Shown here in pieces: positions 1-12,050 of a DNA stretch of 64,000 bases. The translations under genes were made by a program, and so were the position numbers. The DNA comes from Yuukianura sp. NJ FZ-2021. Taxonomy: Eukaryota. Within the stretch, counting starts at the first letter, position 1. Every line of letters begins with the position of its first letter. The DNA is taken from NCBI GenBank assembly GCA_046563655.1, contig CM102287.1, forward strand, positions 1,860,001-1,924,000, given 5' to 3'. Below the pieces are notes generated by a model. The model saw only the letters and a list, made by a program, of their open reading frames with translations, was not told where the DNA came from and ran no database searches.

Positions 1-2011
1 CTCTTCACACTGCATTTCAGTTACCTGTTAACCAACGTGAAGCTGGCACCCTTTCGGCCGATGTTTCAAATACGATGGCTGCAACTTACTCGGAACTGAA
101 GGTCTCACATTCTTTCATATATTTTATGTTCTTAGCTTAATCTAACTTAACATGCTGATTTTCAGATCGTTATATGCGACGAAATTAGCATGGTGGGCGA
201 ACATTTGTTGGAACAAGTGGACAAGCGCTTACGTGATCTATTTACTTCAAGCGCACCTTTTGGGGGAATCTCTTTCATTGCCGTTGGTGACTTCTACCAG
301 CTACCACCAGTTCTGGCTGTCCCGTTGACGCATGGCACGATGAGCAACTCCATTTCATCTTTATTCCATCGGCCTCTTTGGAACCACTTTCTTGTGCACG
401 AGTTGACCACAATCATGCGCCAAAGCGAAGATATCGCCTTTGCTGTGGCCCTCAATAACATGGCCAGGGGAGTGATGACTGATTCAGATAAGGAACTGAT
501 GCGAAGGCGGTGCTTCGACACCCTGCCAACGGAAGTGGCGGAACTGAGACCTATCCACTTCTTCCAGACCAATGCTGCAGTGACCGCGTTCAACGAAATG
601 TTCCTTCAGCAGATGCCAGGAGAACTGATCCTCAGCAGAGCTACCGATAGTGTTCGTGGTGATCTCCCTCAGACGTCAAGAGTCCGACTTCTGCAACGGT
701 TTCAAACGAAACCGCTGAACGAAACAATGGGCCTTCCCATGGAACTTCAATTGAAAATTAACGCTCGTTATATGATGACCAACAACGTCGATTGTGCGGA
801 CGGATTAGTAAATGGTGTAACTGGTATATTACGAAGAATCGATCTTGGTGTGGCGATAAACGACCGTATTCCACTGCGACTATGGATAGAATTTGAAGAC
901 GCACGCAGTGGCCAGCAATTACGTTGCCGGTACCAATCAATTGCAGACAATTTGGGCGTTGAGTCAACTTGGACGCCAGTGGAGCTACTCACACAAGAGA
1001 TACATCAAAAGAATGCCAGCATAAAAATCACACGGAAGCAGTTTCCACTTGTTCCTGCAGAAGCAATCACCATTCATAAGAGCCAAGGAATCACGTGTCA
1101 AGCGTAAGTATATAATAAGTATTCCAATTTATTTTACAATTTAAGCATTCCAATTTATATTGTGCAGTGCTGTACTCCATATTGATCGTACTCGCCACAT
1201 TTCTCGAGCTTTGATCTACGTCGGCTGTTCTCGACCTACGAAAGCCAGTGGCCTTTACATTATGGGGGACTTCAGGCCTCCTAAACCAATTTCACCGACA
1301 AGTCCTCTCGCCTTGGAAATGGCTCGTCACGAAACCATGAAGCTGGTCCCAGTATTTCAATCGCTTCACAAAAGGGATGATGGTTTAATCCAGTTCCTTT
1401 ACCACAACGTCCAGTCATTGCCAAAGCATTCCGCAATTTATTCTTCGGATGCAAGTTACAAAATGAGCGACATTCTTCTCTTTGGTGAAACATGGACTCT
1501 GCCGGAAGACAATGTCACAATTGGAGATCATGTGAAAATCTGCAGTGTCGATTGTGTGACAGAAAGGCGACCACTCGGAGCCAGAATTTATTTGCGGCAG
1601 CATTTGACAAATCGCATCCTGAGTACTACTACTAGATTTGTCGAAGATGAGCATGGAAGTTGCAGCTGTGTAGCCATGAATTTTGCTGGAACAAACGTAA
1701 TTGGAATTTACATCAGCCCACGTTTTCGTTGGTGTCTCTTTACCTCCATAATTTCATCTCTAATCAACTCCCTTGGTGGCTCAAGGACGATCGTCGCCGG
1801 AGACTTCAACGTTAATTTCAATCTCATTGCTTCAGCTGAACGCAAGTCGATGTTGGATCTTGGACTACAACTTCGTTCTACTGACTTGCCTACGACAAAG
1901 TTCGGTACCCAAATCGACGCGGTCTTTGCTTCATTTGAATTAGATGCGATTGGATTGTACACGTCCGCGACATCTATCCACGAGCCAATTTGGGGAAGGT
2001 TCTCTCAATAA
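1..2011 (+). CDS. Helentron Rep-Helicase-endonuclease, C-terminal part (PIF1-type SF1 helicase + apurinic/APE-like endonuclease); 5'-partial; exons <1-101, 166-1103, 1168-2011
   Basis: Removing two 64-nt GT-AG introns (102-165, 1104-1167) gives one frame. Helicase motifs: LHTAF, IVICDEISMVG, PFGGISFIAVGDFYQLPPV, LTTIMRQ, DGLVNG, RKQFPL..AEAITIHKSQG, YVGCSR. APE motifs: YHNVQSL, FGETW, GIYISP, IVAGDFNVN, TQIDAVF, SIHEPI. Confidence 0.92.
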
Positions 2012-2437
2012 TTATTTCAATAATCATATATTAAACATTAATAACCTTCAAAATGTAAATAAATCGCACCATCTCAAGTGTAATACAATTAAATTTTACA
2101 TTTAAAGAGTTTTACTACTTAAACGCTACGAAGAATTTTTAAGAAATAAACCTTTTTCTGTTCTATACAGTTGGTAGAATGCAGAAAAATTAAAGCTCAG
2201 CTCTAGCCTTCAACAAGTTCAACTTATTGTTACAAACTTCAGTAAGTTTTCCTAGTTTGTGTATAGTTTGTAAAAAAAACTCAGGTTTAACTCTAGACTA
2301 GAAATTGAAACGATCTTAGCAAAGAACTTCAATTTCTAATAAATCAATACCATAAACACTTTTGTTGTATTTATTAGTTTAATTAGTTTCGTTCTTGTAA
2401 ATTGATCACTTTGTATGAGAATTGATTCATATTTTCA

Positions 2438-3702
2438 CTATTGTAATAGTCGATTCAGCGTATCTGCCTCCGCGGCTTCGAACCACTCTAACAAAAGCTT
2501 GGCCGTGCTATGATCTTTTCCCACTAAGATCAAATCGCCGGGGTTGCATTCAATTGAGTTGACGCCGTTGTAACTTGAGATCTTCACCAGTTTGAACAGA
2601 ATCACCTCAAAGGGGATGATTTCCTCCATTTCCACCAAGTGGTTCCACAATTTGGCATTGAATTTTCCCGTCTTGTCCACCAGAGTGATTTGTCGAAGCT
2701 TGCATGTAGGAAACTCACGAATCTCACCGACATCAATTACGAGTCCAGCCATATCGACAAATTGGCCATCGGACATCAACTTGAGATCTTCTGAGTCGAT
2801 TGGAGTTAGTTTGACTTCATGACTCGCCCCTTTGGGCTCTGTAATGGAGGTGGCGTCAGTGCTGCTTGCATCAAATGATGCACTTGTCCATTTGTTTCGA
2901 TTATCCTTTGGCCGAAGAAGAAAGCCTTCTACTCGAACAAAAGAGTTGACCTGAAACATGTTATTTGATAACTTTTAATATATTTTAAAATAATGGTGAT
3001 AGAAATAATGCGTTACACATACCTGAAGCAGGGACTCCCATTGTGGTTTCATTACTCCGAATAACGTGAACTGGATCTCCCCGGACTCGTCACCAAAAAC
3101 AAAATGCTGCAGTTGGCCTCCGTTCCCGTACGTCATTGGTCGTGCAACCTTCAACACGAGGACTTCGATTACACGAGATGTAACTGGGAGGTTAGGATGC
3201 AGCTGCTTCACAGCGATCACGGGAAGTTCAGCTGGGTCCTCGTTTGATTTCACTTGAGCTTTTTCAATCTGGCTTTTCCACTGCTGAAACGGCGACATGC
3301 AGCTTTGAGTACCGCTAGAACCAGGCATGGGTTCACTAAGAGTTGATCCACATCGATTTGCTTAATAAATAAAAAATTATTAGTTGCAGCGCTATAAACG
3401 CTACATGTATGTTAAGTTTTCAAAGTACTTGTAGCAATTACCTGAAGGTTGGACAGTATGTTCCGCAATTGGTGCAATGAAAGCGCCGCTATCACTCACC
3501 CCACTGGCATTTTGCGTTTGATCAATAGCAGCATCGCTCTTTTCGTTTTCTATTAAATAAATGAACGATTTTCAAAAAATGTATATTTACGATGTTGAAA
3601 ATTTGTTCTATTTTAAGAATTACCATCTGTGTCTTGCAGTTTCAGAACCTTCGGAGCAGGTTCGCCTTTGGTATTAGAGCACCCCTTCTTCTTAGGTGGC
3701 AT
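2438..3702 (-). CDS. RPA70-like ssDNA-binding protein with two OB folds, about 345 aa; exons 3702-3624, 3549-3442, 3360-3023, 2950-2438
   Basis: Three GT-AG introns (74, 81, 72 nt) join in frame from MPPKKKG to the stop at 2438. OB-fold-like segments QHFVFGDESGEIQFTLFG and FVDMAGLVIDVGEI..LRQITLVDKTG..AKLWN..KISSYNG..LLEWF resemble RPA70 DBD-A/B. Confidence 0.85.
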
Positions 3703-4310
3703 ATTGTCCCTTTACGAGTAGATACTTGACAATGATGTTGAAAAGTTACTAAGATTTAATGGAGGTCACTTTGATCAAGGCAAATCTGAACGAACTTCAA
3801 CGGACTAAATCGGCTGCAAAATGGTTTTTGTTAACAAATTCGAAACGTATTTTAGGACTAATTCTTATAAACATTAAAAAATAAACATCAGTTTTGTTGT
3901 TGTGACGATTTGTTTACTTCATTGTTGTATAGTTAATTTTCAGTAACTAAATAATGTATTTTATATAACTCGAATAGTTAGAATTTGGAGAATGTCGTCA
4001 GACAGTTTTCTAGATTGATTCGTTACATATTTTAAATTCTTTTTACATGAAAATTATGTTTTTCTCAAAAAAAGTTATCAATTTTTGAAATGTTGGAAAC
4101 TACATTTTTCACGTTTTCCAACTAGCCAAGGTTTCCCTGACAACATATATGACAGTGTTTCGTATTGTTTATTACTATTTAAAACTACTCTACTCGTGAA
4201 ACAAATTTCTGCCATGATGTCATTCGAATTTCAAAAATTAGAGTTTTTCGAATTTCAAAAGTTAGTTTACGTTTTGAGAAATTTAGACGATTAACCACAA
4301 TATTTTTACA

Positions 4311-4973
4311 ATGTCGCGTCTGATTTATTTCGACGGCATACACAGCGACGAATTTCAGGAAATTGTCGCTGACTTAAAGCATGAAAACAAGAAGAATTTT
4401 CATTTTGTACGGGAAGGTGACATCGCTGTAGAAATCGAAGGGAAGCAAGTCGGAGTTTGTAAATCGTTGAAGCAACTCTACAGTATGAAGATTACAAGCT
4501 TTCCATCCTTGACATTGACAGAGAAACAAAAATTTGTTCTACCAATTGTGTTCTACACACACGGTGACGTTCCCATGCACTTGTTCGACCATGTATCTCT
4601 GCTCTACCTGGATCTCGACAAAGGCTTGGCGACGTACTACTGTCAAAATGATAAGTCAATTTTTGAAAAAGCGGCAAAGACAAATGTGATGATCAGAATT
4701 CGCGACTGCTTCCCAGGAATCAAGATACGCTTTCGAAAACACAAATTTGTGAATGTGATGAAGCCATGTGATCCGGATTCTTGCTCGCTATTGGCTCTGT
4801 GGTTCCTGTTTAAGATTGTACAAAGTGACGGGAAAAAAATAGAAGATCTGAAACTGCCTACATTCATGCAACTACATTCTTTCCGAAAGAAGTTGAAGTT
4901 CAAAAAGGATCAGCATCAGAAAATGCAACCGAAGAAAAAATTGAAGCGACTGACAACGATGTCCGAAACTTGA
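4311..4973 (+). CDS. Divergent Ulp1/SENP (C48)-like cysteine protease, 220 aa
   Basis: ATG-started ORF with VLPIV...DHVSLLYLD...TYYC and DPDSCSLLALWFL, matching the order of Ulp1 motifs (HWxLxxxD ... QxxxxxCG). The catalytic Asp and oxyanion Gln positions look substituted. Lys-rich C-terminus; AATAAA near 5082. Confidence 0.5.
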   Translation: MSRLIYFDGIHSDEFQEIVADLKHENKKNFHFVREGDIAVEIEGKQVGVCKSLKQLYSMKITSFPSLTLTEKQKFVLPIVFYTHGDVPMHLFDHVSLLYLDLDKGLATYYCQNDKSIFEKAAKTNVMIRIRDCFPGIKIRFRKHKFVNVMKPCDPDSCSLLALWFLFKIVQSDGKKIEDLKLPTFMQLHSFRKKLKFKKDQHQKMQPKKKLKRLTTMSET

Positions 4974-5176
4974 ATCAAATCGATATGCTGTAATTATGTT
5001 CAAAAAATTTACAAATAACTCAGTCCTTCAATGTATTGTAACGTTTCTCTTGTATTGTATACTTCGTAGCGTTAGATTAGAAATAAAAGATTCAATTCGC
5101 TTTTCCAAGCTTTTTCGACAACGCCATTTTTTTGTAAGTCGTATTAATTGTCAACTACCTCCAGAAGACCAATGCT

Positions 5177-8100
5177 CAACCAATAATTGCAAGTAATGGT
5201 GAATGTTCAATTTTGATTTGGAAAGTGTTATAATCGAATATTCCCTGAAATTCCATAGGCAACTGAGTGATCGTGATTCCTAGTATCAAAGTGAGAACTC
5301 CTGGTTGGTATCTGGAGTGAGGGCAAGCTCGACATTTCACCGGCACTTCTCGTTTGTGCTCAAAGATGAACCCTGACAACATGTGGTTCACTGGATGATT
5401 TTGTCGTTGATGCAGTACAACAAAGTGGACCGGTATTTGATGCATAAGATAAAGATGGTTATCAACGGTAACAAAGGTAAATTCCATGTTTTAGTGTTTC
5501 AGGCTTTGTTGTATAGTTCACCCATTAGTTAAACCTAAATGACTGTTAGATTTATGCACTTGTTGCATAGTAAAGTTGTGCTAAAATTAAATTTCGGATT
5601 GTTTTTGGACACAAGTTATTAAGATGTCCTTTATTTGAAGTGAACGATGTTAGTAAAACATACAAAAGTATTTCTTGAAAATTCCAACCAATAATTGCAA
5701 ATAATGGTGAATGTTCAATTTTTATTTGGAAAGTGTTATAATCGAATATTCCTTGAAATTCCATAGGCAACTGAGTGATCGTGATTCCTAGTATCAAAGT
5801 GAGAACTCCTGGTTGGTATCTGGAGTGAGGGCAAGCTCGACATTTCACCGGCACTTCTCGTTTGTGCTCAAAGATGAACCCTGACAACATGTGGTTCACT
5901 GGGTGATTTTGTCGTTGATGCAGTACGACAAAGTGGACCGGTATTTGATGCATAAGATAAAGATGGTTATCAACGGTAACAAAGGTAAATTCCATGTTTT
6001 AGTGTTTCAGGCTTTGTTGTATAGTTCACCCATTAGTTAAACCTAAATGGCTATTAGATTTATGCACTTGTTGCATAGTAGAGTTGTGCTAAAATAGAAT
6101 TTCGCACTGTTTTTGGACACAAGTTATTAAGATGTCCTTTATTTGAAGTGAACGATGTTAGTAAAACATACAAAAGTATTTCTTGAAAATTCCAACCAAT
6201 AATTGCAAATAATGGTGAATGTTCAATTTTTATTTGGAAAGTGTTATAATCGAATATTCCCTGAAATTCCATAGGCAACTGAGTGATCGTGATTCCTAGT
6301 ATCAAAGGTGAGAACTCCTGGTTGGTATCTGGAGTGAGGGCAAGCTCGACATTTCACCGGCACTTCTCGTTTGTGCTCAAAGATGAACCCTGACAACATG
6401 TGGTTCACTGGATGATTTTGTCGTTGATGCAGTACGACAAAGTGGACCGGTATTTGATGCATAACATAAAGATGGTTATCAACGGTAACAAAGGTAAATT
6501 CCATGTTTTAGTGTTTCAGGCTTTGTTGTATAGTTCACCACTTAGTTAAACCTAAATGACTATTAGATTTATGCACTTGTTGCATAGTAAAGTTGTGCTA
6601 AAATAAAATTTCGGATTGTTTTTGGACACAAGTTATTAAGATGTCCTTTATTTGAAGTGAACGATGTTAGTAAAACATACAAAAGTATTTCTTGAAAATT
6701 CCAACCAATAATTGCAAATAATGGTTGAATGTTCAATTTTTATTTGGAAAGTGTTATAATCGAATATTCCCTGAAATTCCATAGGCAACTGAGTGATCGT
6801 GATTCCTAGTATCAAAGTGAGAACTCCTAGTTGGTATCTGGAGTGAGGGCAAGCTCGACATTTCACCGGCACTTCTCGTTTGTGCTCAAAGATGAACCCT
6901 GACAACATGTGGTTCACTGGGTGATTTTGTCGTTGATGCAGTACGACAAAGTGGACCGGTATTTGATGCATAAGATAAAGATGGTTATCAACGGTAACAA
7001 AGGTAAATTCCATGTTTTAGTGTTTCAGGCTTTGTTGTATAGTTCACCACTTAGTTAAACCTAAATGACTGTTAGATTTATGCACTTGTTGCATAGTAAA
7101 GTTGTGCTAAAATAAAATTTCGGATTGTTTTTGGACACAAGTTATTAAGATGTCCTTTATTTGAAGTGAACGATGTTAGTAAAACATACAAAAGTATTTC
7201 TTGAAAATTCCAACCAATAATTGCAAATAATGGAGAATGTTCAATTTTGATTTGGAAAGTGTTATAATCGAATATTCCCTGAAATTCCATAGGCAACTGA
7301 GTGATCGTGATTCCTAGTATCAAAGTGAGAACTCCTGGTTGGTATCTGGAGTGAGGGCAAGCTCGACATTTCACCGGCACTTCTCGTTTGTGCTCAAAGA
7401 TGAACCCTGACAACATGTGGTTCACTGGATGATTTTGTCGTTGATGCAGTACGACAAAGTGGACCGGTATTTGATGCATAAGATAAAGATGGTTATCAAC
7501 GGTAACAAAGGTAAATTCCATGTTTTAGTGTTTCAGGCTTTGTTGTATAGTTCACCACTTAGTTAAACCTAAATGGCTATTAGATTTATGCACTTGTTGC
7601 ATAGTAAAGTTGTGCTAAAATAAAATTTCGGATTGTTTTTGGACACAAGTTATTAAGATGTCCTTTATTTGAAGTGAACGATGTTAGTAAAACATACAAA
7701 AGTATTTCTTGAAAATTCCAACCAATAATTGCAAATAATGGTGAATGTTCAATTTTGATTTGGAAAGTGTTATAATCGAATATTCCCTGAAATTCCATAG
7801 GCAACTGAGTGATCGTGATTCCTAGTATCAAAGTGAGAACTCCTGGTTGGTATCTGGAGTGAGGGCAAGCTCGACATTTCACCGGCACTTCTCGTTTGTG
7901 CTCAAAGATGAACCCTGACAACATGTGGTTCACTGGATGATTTTGTCGTTGATGCAGTACGACAAAGTGGACCGGTATTTGATGCATAAGATAAAGATGG
8001 TTATCAACGGTAACAAAGGTAAATTCCATGTTTTAGTGTTTCAGGCTTTGTTGTATAGTTCACCACTTAGTTAAACCTAAATGACTGTTAGATTTATGCA

Positions 8101-9280
8101 CTTGTTGCATAGTAAAGTTGTGCTAAAATAAAATTTCGGATTGTTTTTGGACACAAGTTATTAAGATGTCCTTTATTTGAAGTGAACGATGTTAGTAAAA
8201 CATACAAAAGTATTTCTTGAAAATTCCAACCAATAATTGCAAATAATGGTGAATGTTCAATTTTGATTTGGAAAGTGTTATAATCGAATATTCCCTGAAA
8301 TTCCATAGGCAACTGAGTGATCGTGATTCCTAGTATCAAAGTGAGAACTCCTGGTTGGTATCTGGAGTGAGGGCAAGCTCGACATTTCACCGGCACTTCT
8401 CGTTTGTGCTCAAAGATGAACCCTGACAACATGTGGTTCACTGGGTGATTTTGTCGTTGATGCAGTACGACAAAGTGGACCGGTATTTGATGCATAACAT
8501 AAAGATGGTTATCAACGGTAACAAAGGTAAATTCCATGTTTTAGTGTTTCAGGCTTTGTTGTATAGTTCACCACTTAGTTAAACCTAAATGACTGTTAGA
8601 TTTATGCACTTGTTGCATAGTAAAGTTGTGCTAAAATAGAATTTCGGATTGTTTTTGGACACAAGTTATTAAGATGTCCTTTATTTGAAGTGAACGATGT
8701 TAGTAAAACATACAAAAGTATTTCTTGAAAATTCCAACCAATAATTGCAAATAATGGTGAATGTTCAATTTTTATTTGGAAAGTGTTATAATCGAATATT
8801 CCCTGAAATTCCATAGGCAACTGAGTGATCGTGATTCCTAGTATCAAAGTGAGAACTCCTGGTTGGTATCTGGAGTGAGGGCAAGCTCGACATTTCACCG
8901 GCACTTCTCGTTTGTGCTCAAAGATGAACCCTGACAACATGTGGTTCACTGGATGATTTTGTCGTTGATGCAGTACGACAAAGTGGACCGGTATTTGATG
9001 CATAAGATAAAGATGGTTATCAACGGTAACAAAGGTAAATTCCATGTTTTAGTGTTTCAGGCTTTGTTGTATAGTTCACCACTTAGTTAAACCTAAATGA
9101 CTGTTAGATTTATGCACTTGTTGCATAGTAAAGTTGTGCTAAAATAAAATTTCGGATTGTTTTTGGACACAAGTTATTAAGATGTCCTTTATTTGAAGTG
9201 AACGATGTTAGTAAAACATACAAAAGTATTTCTTGAAAATTCCAACCAATAATTGCAAATAATGGTGAATGTTCAATTTT
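5177..9280 (-). repeat. 508-bp tandem satellite, left array (about 8.1 units), reverse orientation
   Basis: Near-identical units recur every 508-509 bp (ORF starts 5487, 5995, 6504, 7013, 7521, 8029, 8537, 9045) and are the reverse complement of the main array. Confidence 0.98.
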
Positions 9281-11986
9281 CATGCTTTTTCATTTATTTG
9301 TTTATCGAATTTTTTCACAGTCACCTGCCAAAGGCAGGTTGAGAAAAGAAGTAGGATTTAAGTTAGATTATAATATGAATAACTCGTAAAGATCTTTTCC
9401 TGAGGGTAAGGTTCCCAAGATTGAGCAGGAGTTTCCGCGTTGAACAGCTAGGCTTATTCGTTGTAGGAAGAAGGTCGAGGCTCGTTTATCTCCAGATGCT
9501 TCTGACAGCCGATGTCCGATTTGTTTTAGTAGACGAAGACCTTCGGATCCGAATACACCTGATGTCTCGACGGCAATGATGGATACGACGAAGCGAGATT
9601 CTAGGTCACGATAGAGATGATGTTTGTGTGTCTCTGCTAATTCGGCTGCATGACCATAGCGGGAAGACGATGTCGAGAGGTAGGAATTTGCATAAGTGTC
9701 ACGGCAGGTAAAGTCCCAGCAGAGGCAGCGTCCTGAGCTCCAAGGAATGAGAGTAACACCATCTGGCCGTTTGCCATCGGATCTGCTGCAGCCGACAGGT
9801 TCTTTAATTGAAGGAAATCCAGCGGTTTGTAATGCTCTGAAGATTATGTCGTTGACTGAGTTGTGACGAGAGTGTCTTCCGGCGCTACGCTTACAGCTTA
9901 AACCGTGGAGACCGTTACTTGACACCGGAGCACCGCACGAGCAGATATGAGGTTGGCATATATCAGTTCCTAGGCGAAGAGCACAAGAAATCCTAAAAGA
10001 TTCGTCCGAAAGTAGAGTTCCAAGTTGTCCGGAGGGTATTGCGTGTAACCAATCTCCAGAATGTGGTGCAGCGGCAGCCAGTAGTCTTGCTTTGTCGATA
10101 AGGGTTGAAGAGTTCTGAACTAGGGAAGAAGAAATTTGCTTAAAGACTTGAATTTCCCAGAGGTTTTGAGATTTTTTGTCCTGTGGAATAACGAAGCCCA
10201 ATTGAGACCAGTTGAACAAAGCCAAATCCATTGAATTGTCGAAGGGTGACAGGGAAGACGGCAGAAATGTAGAAATTAGCTCCGCACAACTATGGACTGA
10301 TGCCAAAAACGAAAATGTAGCGCAGTCCTTAGCGTGGCGAACTCCTAATCCGCCCAAGTTCACCGGTAGACTTAACTGAGACCAAGCGTGTGAAGACAAA
10401 GTAGAATTGAGAATCGATTCCATCACTGCACGTAGTGCACAGTCGTATTCATCGAGAAGGTCGGTTTCCAGAAACGAAGGAGCACATCTGAGAAAATATA
10501 GGAGTCTTGGGGTGGAAATTGAAGCCCGAAGCAGGTAGAACGCAATGTGGGCAGGTATGTCCGACAACTTAGATGAGAGTGACTTGAAGTTTTCTGTTTT
10601 GCATTTGAGAATCCGACGAGACGATTCTTTGAAAAGAGGCGCTCCTAGAAGTTCAGCTTGATCATAATCAGGGAAGATGATGTCTGGAGAAACAGATTGG
10701 AATGATTGGACGATTGAACGGGACTCAATTGCTTCTGCACTTAGAATGATGACTTCACATTTTCTTAGGTTAAGTTCTAGTCCAAACGAAGAGGCTTCTC
10801 TTTGGATGTATTTGAGATTTTCGAGAACGACATCCGGAGTATCGGCAATCGTTGCGTCATCTAAATACCAGATGTTGACATCAGTGGATAATGAAGAGGC
10901 CAATTGGTGGATGGTTAAAGCGAAAAGAGCAGGACCAAGGGGATCCCCTTGTTGCACTCCTAGTTTCGATTTGATGCAAGCAGAGTCGTAGTAGAGATCT
11001 GAATCGTGCGAATAAGCTTCAGAGACGAATTTGTAGAAGTCTGGAAGTATGGTCTTCACAATGTCCAGCATACGATCTCTTCTAATTAAGTTGAAGGCAT
11101 TGCGAAAGTCGATCTTGAGTAGAACCTTGGCAGAAACATGGTTGGCATTACAGAAGATTCTGGCAGCGTGGGCGACGGCTTCAGCACCATTCTTGATTCC
11201 AACGCCAACTTGGATCGGGCTTAAGGTTGAAGTAATGACATTCAACGAGTGAGATAGGATAAGTTTAGACACGAGGCGTCTCCAGGTAAGGCCGATTGCG
11301 ATAGGACGAATGCCTCCTTTCTTCTTTTGGATTGCTAATAGAGTTGCGCCAAAAAATTCGTCTCACTTCATCGGGAAGAGAACCATTTGTAATGAAGTTA
11401 CACAATCCAGAAACTGATGTTAGAAGAGCTGCTCCTTCATCGCCTGAGGACTTTGAAGTTAGTTCCTTTAGAATCTGTGGACGAAAAGAGTCCAGGCCTC
11501 CGGCGGATCCATTTGGGAATGACGAGATGGCTTTGATGACGTGACAGTTTTCAAAGATAACCTCAGATCTCGGAGGTGCGGCAGGAAACGAGGTTGGTAG
11601 TGGATGATCGGGATGCAATTGGTGGAGAATGTTTAAAGTATCAGAGTCTTTGGAGGCTATGCAATCTTCGGAGACCAGGATTCGAACTGCACCGCGTATA
11701 TCCCCGTCGGCTAGTTTAGATTGAATGACCTTTGAGGAGTTACAGTGATGTGAGGACGGGTGATGGCCACGAGAGAATTGCTTGAATTGATGATGGGAGA
11801 TGCTTGCAGGCGCCTCAGAAGTGATACGGCTAGCGTTTGTCTTCACCCATTTGGTTAGATTTGTGACAGCATCGTCTTTTGACGGAATGGGAAAAACTTG
11901 GTAGGGGAAGTAGAATAACTTTGCCCAAGAATCTGTAGAGTTGTGCTCTATTGCTTGGTCGATGATGGTGGACAGGGCAACAAAGT
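9281..11986 (-). mobile_element. Non-LTR retrotransposon with RT and restriction-like endonuclease (CRE-clade-like), 5'-truncated
   Basis: Non-satellite insert bounded by satellite on both sides. Coding sequence runs directly into satellite at the 5' end. The short 3' UTR has a hairpin (9323-9339) and AATAAA (9293-9298, minus strand). No TSD. Confidence 0.9.
9368..11986 (-). pseudogene. RT-RLE ORF of the CRE-like element; 5'-truncated, one frameshift near 11351-11356
   Basis: Motifs SAGGLDSFRPQ, (frameshift) GATLLAIQKKKGGIRPIAIG, KIDFRNAFN, GVQQGDPLGP, WYLDD, LPVNLGGLGVR, CSCG..HGLSC zinc knuckle, RHSRHN, KRPDG..WDFTC, and K/E residues of the PD-(D/E)xK nuclease. Confidence 0.9.
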
Positions 11987-12050
11987 AACGGTAACAAAGG
12001 TAATTTCCATGTTTTAGTGTTTCAGGCTTTGTTGTATAGATCACCACTTA
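11987..12050 (-). repeat. 64-bp satellite stub still in left-array orientation, ending at the inversion junction
   Basis: aacggtaacaaagg...tcaccactta matches the left-array strand (cf. 9022-9085) with two substitutions; the sequence flips strand immediately afterwards. Confidence 0.92.

Larger units (their letters stand above)
1..5176 (+). mobile_element. Helentron (endonuclease-encoding Helitron), partial, probably including the RPA-like and Ulp1-like accessory genes; right boundary not identified
   Basis: PIF1+APE fusion is characteristic of Helentrons, and RPA-like genes are known Helitron cargo. Membership of the two accessory genes is inferred from adjacency only; no terminal hairpin or subTIR was found. 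Confidence 0.6.

Noticed and set aside
2122..5073. 12-bp inverted repeat AACGCTACGAAG (2122-2133) / CTTCGTAGCGTT (5062-5073) bracketing the RPA and Ulp1 genes
   Set aside because: A single 12-bp match within about 5 kb is close to chance expectation, and there is no TSD or other terminal feature.
11345..11360. Programmed frameshift or two-ORF structure in the non-LTR element
   Set aside because: The break lies in a homopolymer inside a conserved RT region, so it is a mutation or sequencing error.
11987..12047. N-termini of listed ORFs 11265-12047 and 12017-12457 as real fusions
   Set aside because: They are satellite-stub sequence read through junctions by chance.
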